From the NCBI GenBank assembly GCA_030704615.1, contig CM060732.1:6262001-6326000 (forward strand): 64,000 bases of DNA. Reading direction: 5' to 3'. Of the stretch, positions 1 to 13,800 are shown one piece after another. The position numbers and the translations under genes were made by a program. Every line of letters begins with the position of its first letter. Position 1 is the first letter of the stretch. The notes beneath the pieces were generated by a model. That model saw only the letters and a list, made by a program, of their open reading frames with translations. It did no database searches and was not told where the DNA came from. This stretch comes from Takakia lepidozioides. Its lineage: Eukaryota; Plantae; Bryophyta.

Positions 1-14
1 AACTGGTCGACAGG

Positions 15-2103
15 ATGACGAGTGGGGACTTGTCAAACAGTTGGGTCATGTTCGACCATATCAAGCGAATTACAAATCACCAGTGGGTGACAATGGGTGC
101 ACATGTCTACGACACCCACTGCAGGATGCTAATGACAATTGCTATTTGTGAGATGAAAGGAGAGGACACACAATCGGAGATGCTTCTTTGGCAGGGAATA
201 AACGAACAGATGGCCAAGGCGGGATTGCCCCCTCCCAATTTCCGTGGTTTCATGGCGGACAACGCACAAGCAAATTGGGCTGCCATCCGAAGGGTGTACG
301 GGCAAGACCCCAATGTTCCCATGGAAGGCAAGGAGAGATCTTGTGGGTTCCATTTTCTGCAGAGCCTTTCGCAGTACACAACCAGGCTCGTGGCGCCAGA
401 TTTCAGAGAGGAGCACCGTTCCATGTGTCTTGCGTGGAAGCGCGCTCCCACCTTGGATGATGCAGAGACACAGTTTGCATGTATACGGGCTTGGTGGACA
501 TCGTCAGGTGCTGTAAGGAAATCAGACGAGGGAGCAATGGTCAGTTGGCTAGCATGGTGGCATTATCGTTTCCTCCAGTTCGGCGACTATATGCGGGAGG
601 TGAGTTGCACGAATTCGCGTCCCGTTGAATATTATTCTTGGCATTATTTGTAACTTGCTTGTAACCTCAACATGTGCTTGTGCAGGAAATGTGTCTCGAC
701 TCCGACACCGACATGCCCACGACAAACATGGCCGAATCAGTGCATTCTTCCTGGCGTGCCTCCTCTGCGGCGCATCTGGTGGACATCCTCACTGCCACAA
801 CGGAGGACATTGTGAGGTCAATTATGCAGCAATGCAGGTACAACGAGTTCTTGAAAGGGAAACAGTGGGGCTTGGGGCCGGACAGGCAGGAAATGCTGAT
901 GCGGACTGCCTCCAGATCGAAGAATCCTCGGAAGTGGGCGGCGGCCTTGCGAGAGGGCCTTCGGGACACGCCATTGCTTCGAAGAGGCCAACATTTGGAA
1001 GGAGATGTTCATACCCGTCCAGTGAGACGAAGACTTGACGAGGCACCTGGCGGGGAAGAGGATTCATGGCGAGCTGACAAGAATATTCGCACGCTCCCTC
1101 GTGGTCCCGTGATGTTGCCCGAGGAGGTCTCGTCGAGCACCGCAAGTCCTGCACGTTCAAGATCGCCATCTCCTTTGAGCACAGGGCACGTGCCCGAGGA
1201 ACATAACGAGCCATCTGTAGTAACGCAGTACAACATACCCATTGTGGAGACAAGAGTGTCGGAGTCACAGTGGAGAATTGCAAGGACATTGCCGGCATTT
1301 CGAGGGAAGTGCTGCGCCATTCGGGTGGATACGAGAGCACGCTGTGGTGAGATGATTCGGAGGAACCCACACGGTGCTGTACCTGCACCTTGTTTCAGCG
1401 GCAGATTTTTGACTCCCACATTTGCTCACGCCACAACGCAGACGTTTTGGTTCTGTAGGCACGACATAATGACCTGTGTATTTGGCAAGCCCAAGTACGG
1501 GATTCAGGGAATGCCGGAGCCTCCGGGCGTCTGGCCTGTTGCACCGGGTTGCAGCCTCTCTCAGAATGAGGCGATGCTCTATCTGCAGCAGGATTTTGAA
1601 TGGTGCAACGCACAGACGTCCCGGCCCACGCATTTCCAGTTCCTCAGACCCAGCCATTGCAGACTGCTCGGTCCAGTAGAGACGGATTGGACAATTCTGC
1701 ACATCCCACAATGCGATTCGGAAGAGTGAAGAGACGACACCCTCCCAACAAGTTGAATGAGACTCGGATTGCCAATGCTCTTGGGATGGCTTGCACTATT
1801 CAGAGCTCCGTGGACGTACCTCCACCCGGCCTTGGGCGTGTTTATCGGATGGCAACGGCCGGCTCGGCTGTACGCGACGATGTATACACAATTACGATTG
1901 GAGTGGAGCCGACTTGCAATTGTACGGACTTCTCGTTGATGGAAGCAAAGAAGGGTTCAAAGTATTATCCGTGCAAGCATCTGTATTACATTTACCTGAA
2001 GAGGTTGAGGATGAACGTGACTATTGATGACTTTATTCATGCACCGGCGTTGAGCGTGAACGAGCTGCACAAACTCCTCCTTAGGGATTCCAGAAATCAT
2101 TGA
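15..2103 (+). pseudogene. MULE-family DDE transposase with C-terminal SWIM zinc finger (partial, disrupted)
   Basis: MULE motifs MFDH..., FMADNAQANW, CGFHFLQS (CxxH) and TTNMAESVH; SWIM motif PTCNCTDF...YPCKHLYYIY. GT-AG intron at about 600-686. Frameshift plus TGA near 1580-1600. Confidence 0.88.
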
Positions 2104-2260
2104 TGGGGCAAAGGGAATCCTCCATATGGATATTTTCAATTGCATTTTCATGTATCAGATTTTTTTTTGCAGTGTAATGAAATGCACCCCAAAACTCCTG
2201 GAATGAGGCAATATTCCATTCAAACTGAGATCCAACAGAAGCAGTTGTGGGGCCATTTCT

Positions 2261-2653
2261 GGAAAAATGGCGCCGAATTTCTCTATTTTGGGCCGAAAAC
2301 TGGCTAAGTCCCAACATGCACTGGTACCCTTGTGTCTGGAAAAATGGCGCCGAATTTCCCTATTTTGGGCCAAAAACTGGCTAAGTCCGAACATGCTCGG
2401 GAACGATGTCTGGAAAAATGGCGCCGAATTTCCAGTTACATGGCCCAGAACTGCCCAACATCTGTGCTCCCCGACACCATGTACCGAAATTCGGCGCCAC
2501 ATTTCCAAATTTTGGGCTTACACACCTGTCATGAGGGGACCTATAGCCGCGGAATTCGGCACCATTTTTCGCCAGAGAGACCTATTACCGCGAAATACGT
2601 CGCGATTCTTTCCGGTTACGGACCCTATTACCGTGAAATTCGGCGCCATTTTT
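2261..2653. repeat. Subterminal array of quasi-palindromic motif GAAAAATGGCGCCGAATTTC (about 7 copies)
   Basis: Forward copies at 2261, 2338 and 2412. Reverse copies at 2486, 2552, 2592 (degenerate) and 2635. Confidence 0.9.
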
Positions 2654-3273
2654 GCACATATCGCTGGGAATTGGCATGAGCGGAAGACAAAATATCATGA
2701 GCACAACTCTCAAAACTACAATTTCCCCTTCAAGGTGCCGAATAATATATTTGTTTTTTCTGACACATTCCATTAAATTAATGTTTTTTAATGTTTTTTT
2801 ATTTTCAAAATTTGTACTTCTGCTCATGAAAACCGATTGTCTTGCTACTCCGCTCATGCCGCTCATGCTCATGAAATAGCTAACCTCGTGGTTTGGAGTG
2901 ACTTTGGCAAGTTACTGCCAGTGTGGCAGCAGGGAAGTATCCAAAAACATATAATAGAGGTAGAGACAAAAAGGCAAATGCCTGTTGGACTACAGAGAGA
3001 AGCAGATGCATTTCAGATTGTGATAAGTAGGGTTGGGGTGTTTTGGGGAAGAACTCCACACCAGTATGGTTGGGGTGTTTGCTGGTAGAATTGTAGGCTG
3101 TCAGAGGCATGGATAGCTGAAGGAGCAGGGATAGAGTGTGGGTCCAGATTCATCCAAGAGGGCTGGATTTCAAGCTCCACATTACCTATGATTCCCTGTG
3201 GAAGGATAGTTACAAGAAACCTACATGGGTAGATGGTCAACTGGAAGCGGCATGTTGTACTATATGTCATTAC

Positions 3274-4143
3274 TGTACTATATGTCATTCCAGAGACTGT
3301 CATTGTTGGTCCATGTGTTTTACAACAATGCTATCAATATAAGACTTCTGGTTCGCATTGGAAGCTCAATCCCTGTAAGTTCATTGTGTGTGAAGCTCAA
3401 ACTTGTGATTTGAAGGATCTTGTAGCCAAGTTCATTCAACCGGAAAGGAAAAATTCTGAAAGCTCCCAAATTTGATGTGGGCAAGCTTATGGAGGTAAGA
3501 CTTAGCTTCCTTCCTCTAATGTAAGTGTTGGATAAGTTTCATTTAGTGTCGACCTTCACTGCATATATTGGCTCTTTTCTTGGCTGGTTTCATATTTTCT
3601 TGGCTGGTATGTTGTTGGTTGGCTTCTTTCATTTCACGTGTGTAGTGGAAGGGGAGAAGTACTTTCCTAAGTTCTGCTGCAACAATGTCTTTTTCCAGCC
3701 TAGATGTTTTCGATGGATACAAATTGAAGTGCTTTGAATGTTGCTGCAATACTATAATAAAGTGGAGGGTGCTGAATGCAGTTGGCCTTGCTTCGTGCAG
3801 GCATAATCCAGGGAAATGTGGACATAGCTGAAACCCCAAGATAGCATTTCCAGAGGACAGTGTGGATGGCCTCACAATCCAGCATGCAAAATCCATGACA
3901 ATGTGGAGATGGCTGAATGGGCAAACAGGTTAAGTGGCGAACAAGCCACGTCACTGGTACATAGTTGCATGCTTACATAGTACATAAAAGTGTACTATAT
4001 GTCATTCCCGAAATTGACCATGTTGGTCCATGTATTTTACAACAATGCTATCAATAAAAGACCAATGGTTCGCATTGGAAACTCTATCCCCGTAAGTGGC
4101 TTGTGCGTGATGCTGATTTGAAGGATCTTATACCCCAGTTCAT
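3274..4143 (+). repeat. Diverged direct duplication of about 160-200 bp, possibly a decayed coding fragment
   Basis: About 3274-3440 and 3991-4143 share TGTACTATATGTCATTCC...TTTTACAACAATGCTATCAATA...GGTTCGCATTGGAA...GATTTGAAGGATCTT. Confidence 0.75.
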
Positions 4144-5361
4144 TGCAGAGGTGATTGGAAAAGACATTGAGAAGGCAATAGCCGTTATCTATAATCTACA
4201 AATCCCCTTCAATTTGATGTGGGAAAGCCGGCTGGCTGGAGGTCTAGTCTCACTTTCACTCATCTAATGTCAGTATGTACCGATGTAGGCAGTGACTGGC
4301 ATCCTCTACATCTATTCGTGTATGCAACATGGATTATATTTTTAGGTGATACCTCTATCACGATGTAGGTTGCGAGTGGCAGACTATACCTGTATAGGTG
4401 TACGAATGTAGATTTTAGGGTACCACCTCTGTAAAGACATTCGCAGTGAATGGCAGACTACACGTGAGCCTCATATCCTGTTCCTACACCTTCGCCGCTC
4501 ATACGTGTGCATCGTTCCACGACAACTTTCCTTATGTTACATGTATGTGGAAAATGGACGTGGATAATACAAACGCACCTAGCATGTTGCGATGAGAATG
4601 CGTCTCTACGAATTATGTTATAGTTGTGAAAGTAGGCCCAGGGATAGAAGAGTCATGTCCTACGGCATACTCACAAAAATTTAACGTAATTCGTTAAGAG
4701 ACAAACTATTCACGAAATGCAAGGTACGTTTCTCTCGTCCACATCCACTTTCCACACACTTGTAAACATAATATACCACCAGAGCCTCTCAAAATGGTGA
4801 GAGACAGAATGCTGGGTCGAATTTCCGCATCACCTTGCAGCTATGCTATTCCATATTCTTGCATAACTGAGGAACAATAGATGTCTAAGGTAATTACAAC
4901 CATTTTGCGCTGGCACTACTACCTCCCACACCCCCTCCGGCACAAATCCGAACTATCTGTAGCGTCGAAAGGCTTCAAATGAAATGTGTATCGAAGGAAT
5001 GACCAATACAGTTGCCTATCCAGAAACCATGTAGAACTGATATCCTTACATCAAGGGCCAGATGTTGTCTTCGAGGATATGCAATACTTCTTGCACAATA
5101 GTGCCTCAAACACACTCTCTCTGTGCCCTAGCCCACAATCACTCTTGATCTGTTGGTCTCTATTACTATGGAATCCAACGCCTCCGCCATTTTAGGATGA
5201 TTGACTACATGTCCCGAGCTTACATTCCACCGGCCATGGGTGGCCGCTTCAACAATCACCCACCGAAACAAAATACTGGGGCAATGGCTTTCGGGTCCTT
5301 TGCAAAGGCGAATGCAGCGAATGAGAACTACGCATCACTGTCACATGCTTCACCTACATAA

Positions 5362-5920
5362 CGGGCGACAGCTATTGCCCGTCGCCCTTTTAAGAATGAC
5401 AATGGGCGACCGTCACAACGGTCGCCCGTCAAAAGAACTCCGGCGCAAAGTCTCGGTGATGCCTCTAAAGTGATGTACATCTTCAATGAAAGACCATGCT
5501 TCAAGGAGGGCATGGAGCAGGGCATGGACTTACAGACGATACCACAACAGGGATGTAGGCAATGGATTGCAGACTATACCTCTGCTGGTGTGTGCAACAG
5601 GGCGACGATTTGCAGGTGATACCTCTGCAAGGGTGTGCGCCGCGAGTATTGTTTCTCGAGACACCCACCGGGCGGACGAAGCGGACCGCCCCCATATCAA
5701 CTTCCAGGGCGGTCCACGTCGGCGCTCGGTGGTCCGGCCTGGCGGTCCCACAACGACGGTCCTCAATGGGGCCCGCGGGTGAGCCGGTCCACAGGAGATA
5801 GGGCGACCGGCGGTGTGGTCACCCGGGGGTGATGAAGCGAGCACGGTGACCGTGGGCGACGGTTTCGACGGTCGCCTCTGTGGCGGGGCGGTCGCCCAGT
5901 GTTGTGCCGGGCGACCGCAA
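5362..5920. repeat. GC-rich cluster of inverted GGGCGACCG/CGGTCGCCC motifs, probable TE remnant
   Basis: GGGCGACCGTCACAACGGTCGCCC at 5404-5427, with related paired motifs near 5362, 5801, 5855 and 5886-5918. Confidence 0.55.
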
Positions 5921-6338
5921 GTAGAAGCGGTTGCCTGAGCGGCCCGGTGGGCCCCCACTTTTGTGGCAATTGGATATGCGGGGCAATAAAATAGTCATGT
6001 GTGGCATGACATATACATAGGCATTCGAAACCATGGATCTGATCATAGTGTGGCATGAATGTGAATGCCTCTTGGAAATGGTCAGCAGGTTGGGAACAAG
6101 TAGGTGCAATAACAAGTAGGATGTTGGGAACAACTAGTTGTTAACAAGTGGACAAGTGGTTGTTAACAACGAGTTGTTCCGAACAACACGTTGTTATACA
6201 CGAATAACAACGTGTTGTTAACAATCACTAGTGGTTGTTAACAAGTATGAAAGCATATTTGGAAGATGCTTTAAAGAGAAGCATATTTGGGAAGATGCTT
6301 TGGTTAGAAGCATCTTTTGGAACATCACGTTGATGTAC

Positions 6339-6389
6339 TAGATGTGGTCAAATGGTACACACTTGTGTGTACCATTTTGACCACATCTA
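6339..6389. repeat. About 50-bp near-perfect hairpin next to GTTGTTAACAA repeats (about 6135-6245)
   Basis: TAGATGTGGTCAAATGGTACACA-CTTG-TGTGTACCATTTTGACCACATCTA. Confidence 0.75.
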
Positions 6390-7848
6390 CACTCATAACA
6401 ACTCGTTGTGAAGAACAACGCAATGATGTTGTTATGGGTGTGACAGGGTTTGTTATGGGTGATAGGGACAGCGAGCGGGCGGAACAGGGACAGGGTTTGT
6501 GGTCAAAAAGTATTCCATACGGTTATATTCCAGATTATTCATAATTCATGGGATTGATGATTATTCTGAGCTTCTTCTACGCCCTCTGAATCATCTTCAT
6601 CCACGGACTATTGTAGTCATTCATCTAAACGTTGTCCAACCCTAATGAGCAAGTCACCCTACCGTTAGCCGTCGCTGGGCATTTCCCGGCACACGTGACG
6701 ACTTCCCGTTAATCGTCCCTCCCCACTAGTGCCAAAAGGCTTGTGACGTGGCGCGATAACAGTGGCCACTTAGAAGAGTGGTGCTCCTGACTGCGCCCCC
6801 CCATTGGGCAACGGATCCCGTTACGGCGCCATCGCCGGCTGTCGGTCGGGGCCCACCGTCGACCGCCCTGGCCGGTCAGCTTAGGGCTTGTGGCAAGCTG
6901 CATGGTGACTGGCTACGGCCGGTTTCCACTGAAGACCGCCAGTAGACGGTGGAGAGCGCAATGGTGGCAGAGGGCGGGCAGTTGACGACATTCGGATGGC
7001 CCACTTGAGTTGGATTGTGGCGGGCCCAGGAGCTGCAGCCACGTGGTTCGGCGGGCAGCCCCGCCTCTGCCCGGATGTACATGGTCATGGCCCCATGCAT
7101 GCCAAAGTACGGCTCGATGCCGTGGCCCAATTTACGGATGCCGGTCGAGCCGCCGTTCCTTAGGCCGGTGTTTACAACGGCGGAGGGAGGATTATCAGGC
7201 GGTGTTACGACGGGTGAGCCCCAAGCCTCCTGCTGTTGTGCAAAGAGAACCCGGGGAAACGGACGGCGGACCGGGGATAGTCGACCGTTGGCAGTGGGGT
7301 GTGGCCCGTGGAAAAGGAGGGGGAGCAGCGAGCGATGGCGGGTCAGAGTGAGGCAGAGCATCGCATCCATAGTAACCTGCCTTTATTGAGCGAGGGATGG
7401 CCCGCATCTTTGGCTCTGTGCACGCCCTTCCCCTGCATTCATGTCCCGTTGGGTTCAGCATTCATAGTTGTAGAGTGTGAGGCTTGCTGGATCTGGTCTC
7501 ATGACACACTCAGCCCTCGCACAATGCTGGCTAGCCCCCTTCAACCTAAGTTGTCAAGAGTGTTGCAGTCCTCTGAGCTATGGAGTCGCAGCTGCTGTTC
7601 TGGATTCCAGCCGCCGACCCTACTGTTCGGTGTGCATACTGCAAGTATAGAGGGACAGCGCGGTTCTGTGGATCCAATTTACAGTTCTTAGATCAGAAGA
7701 GGTTGGATTCAAGTAGCTTGTGTAGTGCCTGCCGGTTAAGTAGACAGAGATCTAAGCTTTTGGATGAGGTGGTGTCTTCCAGCTCAGTCGCGAACCTTTT
7801 CTCATAGCATTAGTCGAAGGTGAATGAAGCAGGTGCAAAGATTGCATC

Positions 7849-10800
7849 ATGGGTGCCACAATGGGTGGAGAACGGCACAGTGTTATTATAGCCTGTGCTG
7901 TGTATGCCACACTTTGCTCTGTCCTTAGTGCACTCTCAGTAGCCATTCTCGTCGCTGTCAATTGGCGTCCATGGAGAATCTACAGGTACTTCTTCTTACA
8001 AGTGAAGTTACTCAAGTTCTTTTGTGCATTTGTCGTCCCGAAAGAAGCTGGCGTAATACAAAATGTCCCCTGCAAGTGATGGTGTACAACTCTTAGGGAC
8101 AAAGTTTGCAGGGCATCTGATGACTGCCTAATGTCCTCTTCTCTTTTCACGACCCTGCAAATGGAACAGTCCTATCTTTGATTTGTAAGCCAGAAAAGCC
8201 AAAAATTTGGGTCTCTCCCTGAGTTTTCAAGTCTCGATAAGGTCTACGGCAATGAACGTCTACTGTGCTCGGACTTCTGAACTGAACTTATTGAAAAGAA
8301 GGAACTAAGACTTGCTCTGGCACTGTTTAGGTGGGCCTCTCTTCCCAGAGGTCCGCTTGTCTGTATGGACTATATCTGAACTGAGTGCAAATACACAGAG
8401 CCGTTACGACTCTTCCGGCAACCCTAGTATTGAAAGCTCGATTGCGTTGCATGTTTGCACTTACCGTAGGTTTCTTGGCTTAGATATTTCAAAGTCGCAG
8501 ACGACGATGACAAGAAGAGAGAGAGAGAGGTCTGCTGAACAAAGCGGTCTTTGATGAAGTGGAGAAGATGCTTTAGCCAACATTTTGTGTGATGCTATAT
8601 TCACTTGAGTCCTCCCACTTCTGCGGCTGTCTTCTATGCTTTTTACAATGCCATTCCACTCTGTCCGTCTTTTTGGCCAGAAATGTGTGGCATGCTGGTC
8701 CTTGGTGCCACAAGAAGACTTCGTGAGAGGTCAAGCTTTGATAAGGCTACTGGTCAACATTCCGGTGGATGCATGGAGGCTCTTGCAGCGGAAAGTCCTA
8801 AGATGTCTTGAGCTACTTCTGCCTAGGGTCATAGCCTGTCTTTTAACAAAAAATTCTGCATAACAACTTGGAAATCTGACGCCTGTAGCTTTTAAGATCC
8901 TGTAGCATCTCACTGTATGGTGTATGAACACCCAGTAGGGTTAGCAAAACATTTGGAGATCCTGTGCTAATTTTCTTGGTGCTGTTGCATTCCTGCTTCT
9001 ACAACTACCTGGTGTCTAAACAAACCTAGTTTTTAAGTACGAAATTATTGCATGTATGCTGAGTCTACTGTGTCCTATTTGATTACTAGGGAAGGATTGG
9101 TTTTCAGCAGCTTCCTGAACCAATGATTTGTCTTGTGCTGGGATGTCTGCTCCTTGCAGTTGGGTTTATGCACGGAACTGGGCACGCTACCTCCAAGGCC
9201 CTCAGTTAAGCATCATCTCAGGAATCTTGTCAGTGGCTGCTTGGGCGACTGTCTTGTCTCCCATTGCTGTTCTTATTGTGTGGGGAATCAGGTTGATTGC
9301 CTTGTTGGATCATGCTACAATTGGCCTTGCAGTAATACTGCCGGGCACAGCTCTTCTGCTGGCGTTCTATGCCATTATGTTATGGTGGAGAACACAATGG
9401 CAAAGCTCTCGTAAGTTGTGGTGGCACCCTATCTGAGCTATAAATAATATTTTGATGCTGGATGTAGATTCTGGTCATTGCTCAGCTGGCAGGGTCAGAG
9501 ATCTGCACCTTGCTGCTCACGGTCACATATTTTGATTCCAGTATTTTGCTTAAATCTGACATTTCAACTCAACTGCTGATTTGTAGAAGGTTTGCAAGCA
9601 AGTGTGGCATCCCTACTTTTGGGTGGTGATGCGTAGTACTTGCAGCTAGTCTCTGCAATCAGGATGCAAGGAAGTTGCTGTGCTTCTAAAACCAATGGAT
9701 GCGACTTCCACTCGTTGGTTGCCCTTCTTCTGTCTGCAGTCTAGGGCTGTGAAGAATTTTTAGGAGTGTGTCTGAAACTAAGAGGATTTGATATCTTTGC
9801 CTGTTTTCTTGTACCCATTGCAGGTGCTGTCGCAGTTCTTCTACTGTTGGCAGTCTCCTTGTTGTGCGCATATGAGATTTCTGCAGTCTATGTCACTGCG
9901 GGCCGGAGTGCCTCAAGGCGGTATTCACCCTCAGGGTTTTTCTTTGGTGTTTCTGCTATAGCCATGGGTATCAACATGCTCTTTATCTGCAAGATGGTCT
10001 TCCACGGTGAGCATCTGCCTTAAAACTTGATACACAGATTCACAAGGATCTCTGCTTGGATTCTTGCACTGATCCTAAAACAGAATTTGAAATGAGAACT
10101 TGGAATTATTTGCTGCATAGCAAAGGTATCCAGTCGAGCAATCCACTCTGTTACTCTCATGCACGTTTCTTTTCATAAGAGAAGAACTTTGGCCTTCACC
10201 TTCAGGAGACTTCTGTTTGCCTCCTGCCTCACTAACCTTCGTTGGGTTTGTTGCTCACAGTTGAGATTCTTTCTCTTTGACAGGAGCAGGCCTGGATGTG
10301 GATGAGTATGTAAGAAGGTCATACAAGTTTGCTCATGCAGATACCATAGAAGTTGGTCCGGTGGCATGCATGCCCGAGCCTCCTGACCCCCGAGATCCTG
10401 CTGTTCATAAGAAAAACAGGCAAAACTGCTATTCTTGAACATATGTGGGGTTTTTCTGTACTGAAAGTTCTGGACTCTTGTTTAGTTGCAATGGGAAAAT
10501 CTAAGTATTCTCACATGTTGAAAATGCAGTGCGTGGGGGCGCTTTGAATAGAGAGGGAAACACGGAAAGAAATTTCAGAATATAGAAGGCGACAGAGAGA
10601 TGTACAGACAGTTGGAAAAGCAATTCTGGTATGAGTTTTTACAGCTGATTGTGGACTTTCTCCCTGTGGTGGGCAGTGCCTGGCGCTTGGCCCTCTTGTA
10701 TATAAGTTCTGTTATGATTCTGGTGGCGTACTCAGTACTATATGGTCTAACAGCACGGAAAGCCCGGTGGCTTGGCGGAGTCACCTCTGCTGCTGTCATC

Positions 10801-13800
10801 ATCCTCGGTGAGTTTGAAAGCAATGCCATTGTGTGGGTTGTGAATGGGTTGAGGTCCAGAGATTTCTCTGGATTCTCAAGCCTTCAACACCCCTTTTCTT
10901 TTTGGAAAGTGCAATTCTACATCCTTTTGAAAGGCAACCCCTCCATGCCCACCATGTAAATATGTGTGAGCAATGTCATGTAGGCAAAGGCAGTTTTGAA
11001 ACGTTGTCTTGGTTTAGCTGGCTTGGACTAGGTTAGTTTATTTTCTGAGGTTGCTGTGTCTTTGTTTGATGAGATGTGGAGTCTGGTCTTGCGCAGCAAT
11101 GCTGGGTCACTCATTTTTAAAGTGAAGGGCAGTCTCTTTTGGTCTCTGTATGACTCGAGATTCTGAAATGTGGATTTGTGGTTGATGGCTGGCAGACTCA
11201 AATGTAGGTGCATGCTTGTTTGGTTTTGAGCTGCTTAAGAGCCGGGTTGTGGCACTGTTTGTGGCCGGAAGCTACAGAATATTCCTTATTTGTTTTGGCG
11301 TACATTATTGGTATGTAGCTAGCTACCTTTGGAGTTTCCAGTATATGCTTGCATGAATCTTCTGGTATTCCCAGGTATTGCACAAGGGAAAAAACACACC
11401 AAGAACTAAACCTGTTCATAATAAATCTTGTTGTTGGGTTGTATTTGTGGACCAAAAGGTTTGGCTCATAGAAGGGGCTGTACTTTCCCCACTGGGTATA
11501 AGTTGATGATCATGATTTACAGTTGCTGTAGCTTTATTTTCTGGATGAGACGCATATTTAATTTAAGATGTTTATGCTTGTCTGATCTCAACTATGGTGT
11601 GCAGGTATCTGGGCCACTGTATTGGTTATGCAGTCGTGGCTTCAGTTCTGTTGGGGGCTGCAGTAATACGACACTTTTCTGTGGTGAACCCATCTGCTGC
11701 CCGCAGAGCTGCCCTGGAACACACAGTGGTTCGTTTGCGGGAAGGTTTCCGCAGGAAGGGCCCTGGTAGCTCCTCAAGCGTTTCAGAAGGGCGTGCATCG
11801 AGCGTCGTCCGCAGCAGCAGTGTTGCAGCAGAGCACATTGGTGCTGCTCTAGAGTTAATGGGCAGGGCAAATGCGAGGCTTCCAGCTGAAGTAGCAGGCA
11901 CAGGATGCATAGCACAGCATGGAGTAGTTGGAATCATTGAAAAGGAGGTGTCTGGACACTCGGCCATCTTCCTGGACCAAGATGCTGTTGATCGCAACCG
12001 ACTCTCTTTACTTGGGGCAGGCCAACCGCCAGAGACTGTGCAGAACTTGGAGCCAAGTAGCCCCTTAGGATCTCTGATAGATCAACAGGCATTTGACTTC
12101 AACTTGGCTTTGATGTTCCAGGAGAGACTGAATGATCCTCACTTTACTTCTATGCTTCGTCATCGGAACCCTGAGTTTGTTGCCCGGGGTGGGGAACAAG
12201 AGCTCACAACATTACTGCAAGACAAAGGGCTTGACCCTAACTTTGCAGTAATGCTCAAGGAGAAAGGGTTGGACCCAACGATCCTGGCTTTGCTGCAAAG
12301 AAGCAGCCTTGATGCTGACAGGGACCACAGGGATACTAGTGAAGATACCATTGCTGGGGTAAATCAGTCACAAGCGGTGACTGCCGAGGAGCCTATTTCC
12401 TGGTCAGAGGAGTTGCGGAGGAAACAGTGGGACAAGTGGGTGCAGCGGATATGTGTAAGTATACAGCTTTTTGCAGGAACGCCAGAACGCGCTTGGGTCC
12501 TATTCAGTGTCATATTTGTGGTGGAGACAATTGTCGTGGCAGTTTTCCGACCCTCTACTGTGACAGTGATCAATGCTACACATGAGCAGGTCAGTTGCTA
12601 ATAACTTGCTTGTGTATCCTTGTAACCTCTGACGGAGGTCTTGATTATCATGTCCACTCATGACGCAGAAAACATGTGGAATTGAGCCCTGTTAGACTCT
12701 GTAGGGTCTCCGCTTAATGATGTTTGGAGGCCATCTGCTAAGGCCGGTGGTGTCATAACTTTTAAGGATTGATTGCAGCTGGAAGGACTAGAGCATCTCC
12801 CCCTTGATGTGTACACTGGGCAGGAGAAGTGATTTTCTACTGGCTCCTGAAGTGCTTGTCGAATCCTCTGACCTCCAGGTTGCTATGACGTACCCTATGA
12901 GTTGCTACAGGGTATCCTTTGGGGCGTGCTCCATGTGGAGTATACCAACCCGTAGGAGGTAGGAGGTGTGTTCTCCTATAAATTGTGGATTCAATAGTCG
13001 AATCTGATGGCCACAGCATAGATATTAAGGATCATGGGTTTGTTGTATGCCTGCAGTTTGAATTTGGCTTTTCGGCATTACTTCTGTCTCCAGTCATGTG
13101 CTCTATAATGGCCTTTTTGCGCTCTCTGCAAGCGGAGGATATGGTGCTCACACACAGGGCTCGCAAGGTACAGGACTTGAGCAGTTCGGGCCCATTTCCA
13201 GTTTTGATACGTCCACTTCTGTGCTCTATTCACTTTTAGTTGATTAAAGCCTTAACGAGTTCGGCACCTTGCTCTACCTGCACTGTGTTAGGTGTTGCTG
13301 TTGGACATGGAGCTGTGAATACTTGCTCCGGATATTGCATCTATTGCATACAATGACGCTTGCTTATAGGTAGTGGTGATTCTTATTTGTAGGACTTGTG
13401 TAGGAATCTATGTTGGTCGCGGATTCGTATGACATAGTGGTTATGTTTTTTGGGGTTCCAGTTTGGTTTCATTGCTTGGTGCTTGAGCACAGCTGTTGGC
13501 CTCCTGCTTGCATTCCTCAGGTCTGTATCTTTCCTGTGTGCCATCATTGTCTTCCAGCTATATATTACCTTATACCATCTCTTAGATTTTGTCGTGTGAT
13601 TTGTTGCTGTGACTGAATGGGGATTCAGCAGACCCAAAATCTAAATAAGGGCATGGAATGGCTCGTATTAGTGTATATTACATAGGCCCAGGGTTAGATT
13701 TGACTTGTCCTTGTTTACATTTTAATATAATTGTCTTAGTTCAGAGTTAACTAGACCCTCCACATTGATATACTTCTTTGTTTATATATGTTGTGCTTCT

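Larger units (their letters stand above)
1..2887 (+). mobile_element. Mutator-like (MULE) DNA transposon, family A, 3' part (5' part lies outside the window)
   Basis: Contains a MULE DDE + SWIM transposase, followed by a subterminal motif array. The terminus has GCTCATG repeats (2822-2873) and ends GCTCATG-AAATAGC-TAACCTC. This parallels the right end of the TSD-defined element B (GCTCATG-CAGTAGC-GTCGTTG). The end coordinate is inferred from that alignment. Confidence 0.8.

Noticed and set aside
15-2103. Zisupton/KDZ or domesticated FAR1/MUSTANG gene
   Set aside because: The D...CxFH...N.AE motifs are MULE-type, no KDZ CxC domains were recognised, and the ORF is disrupted and flanked by TE terminal structures.
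6876-7691. GC-rich overlapping ORFs upstream of DEK1
   Set aside because: No recognisable domains; consistent with a GC-rich promoter/5' UTR region.
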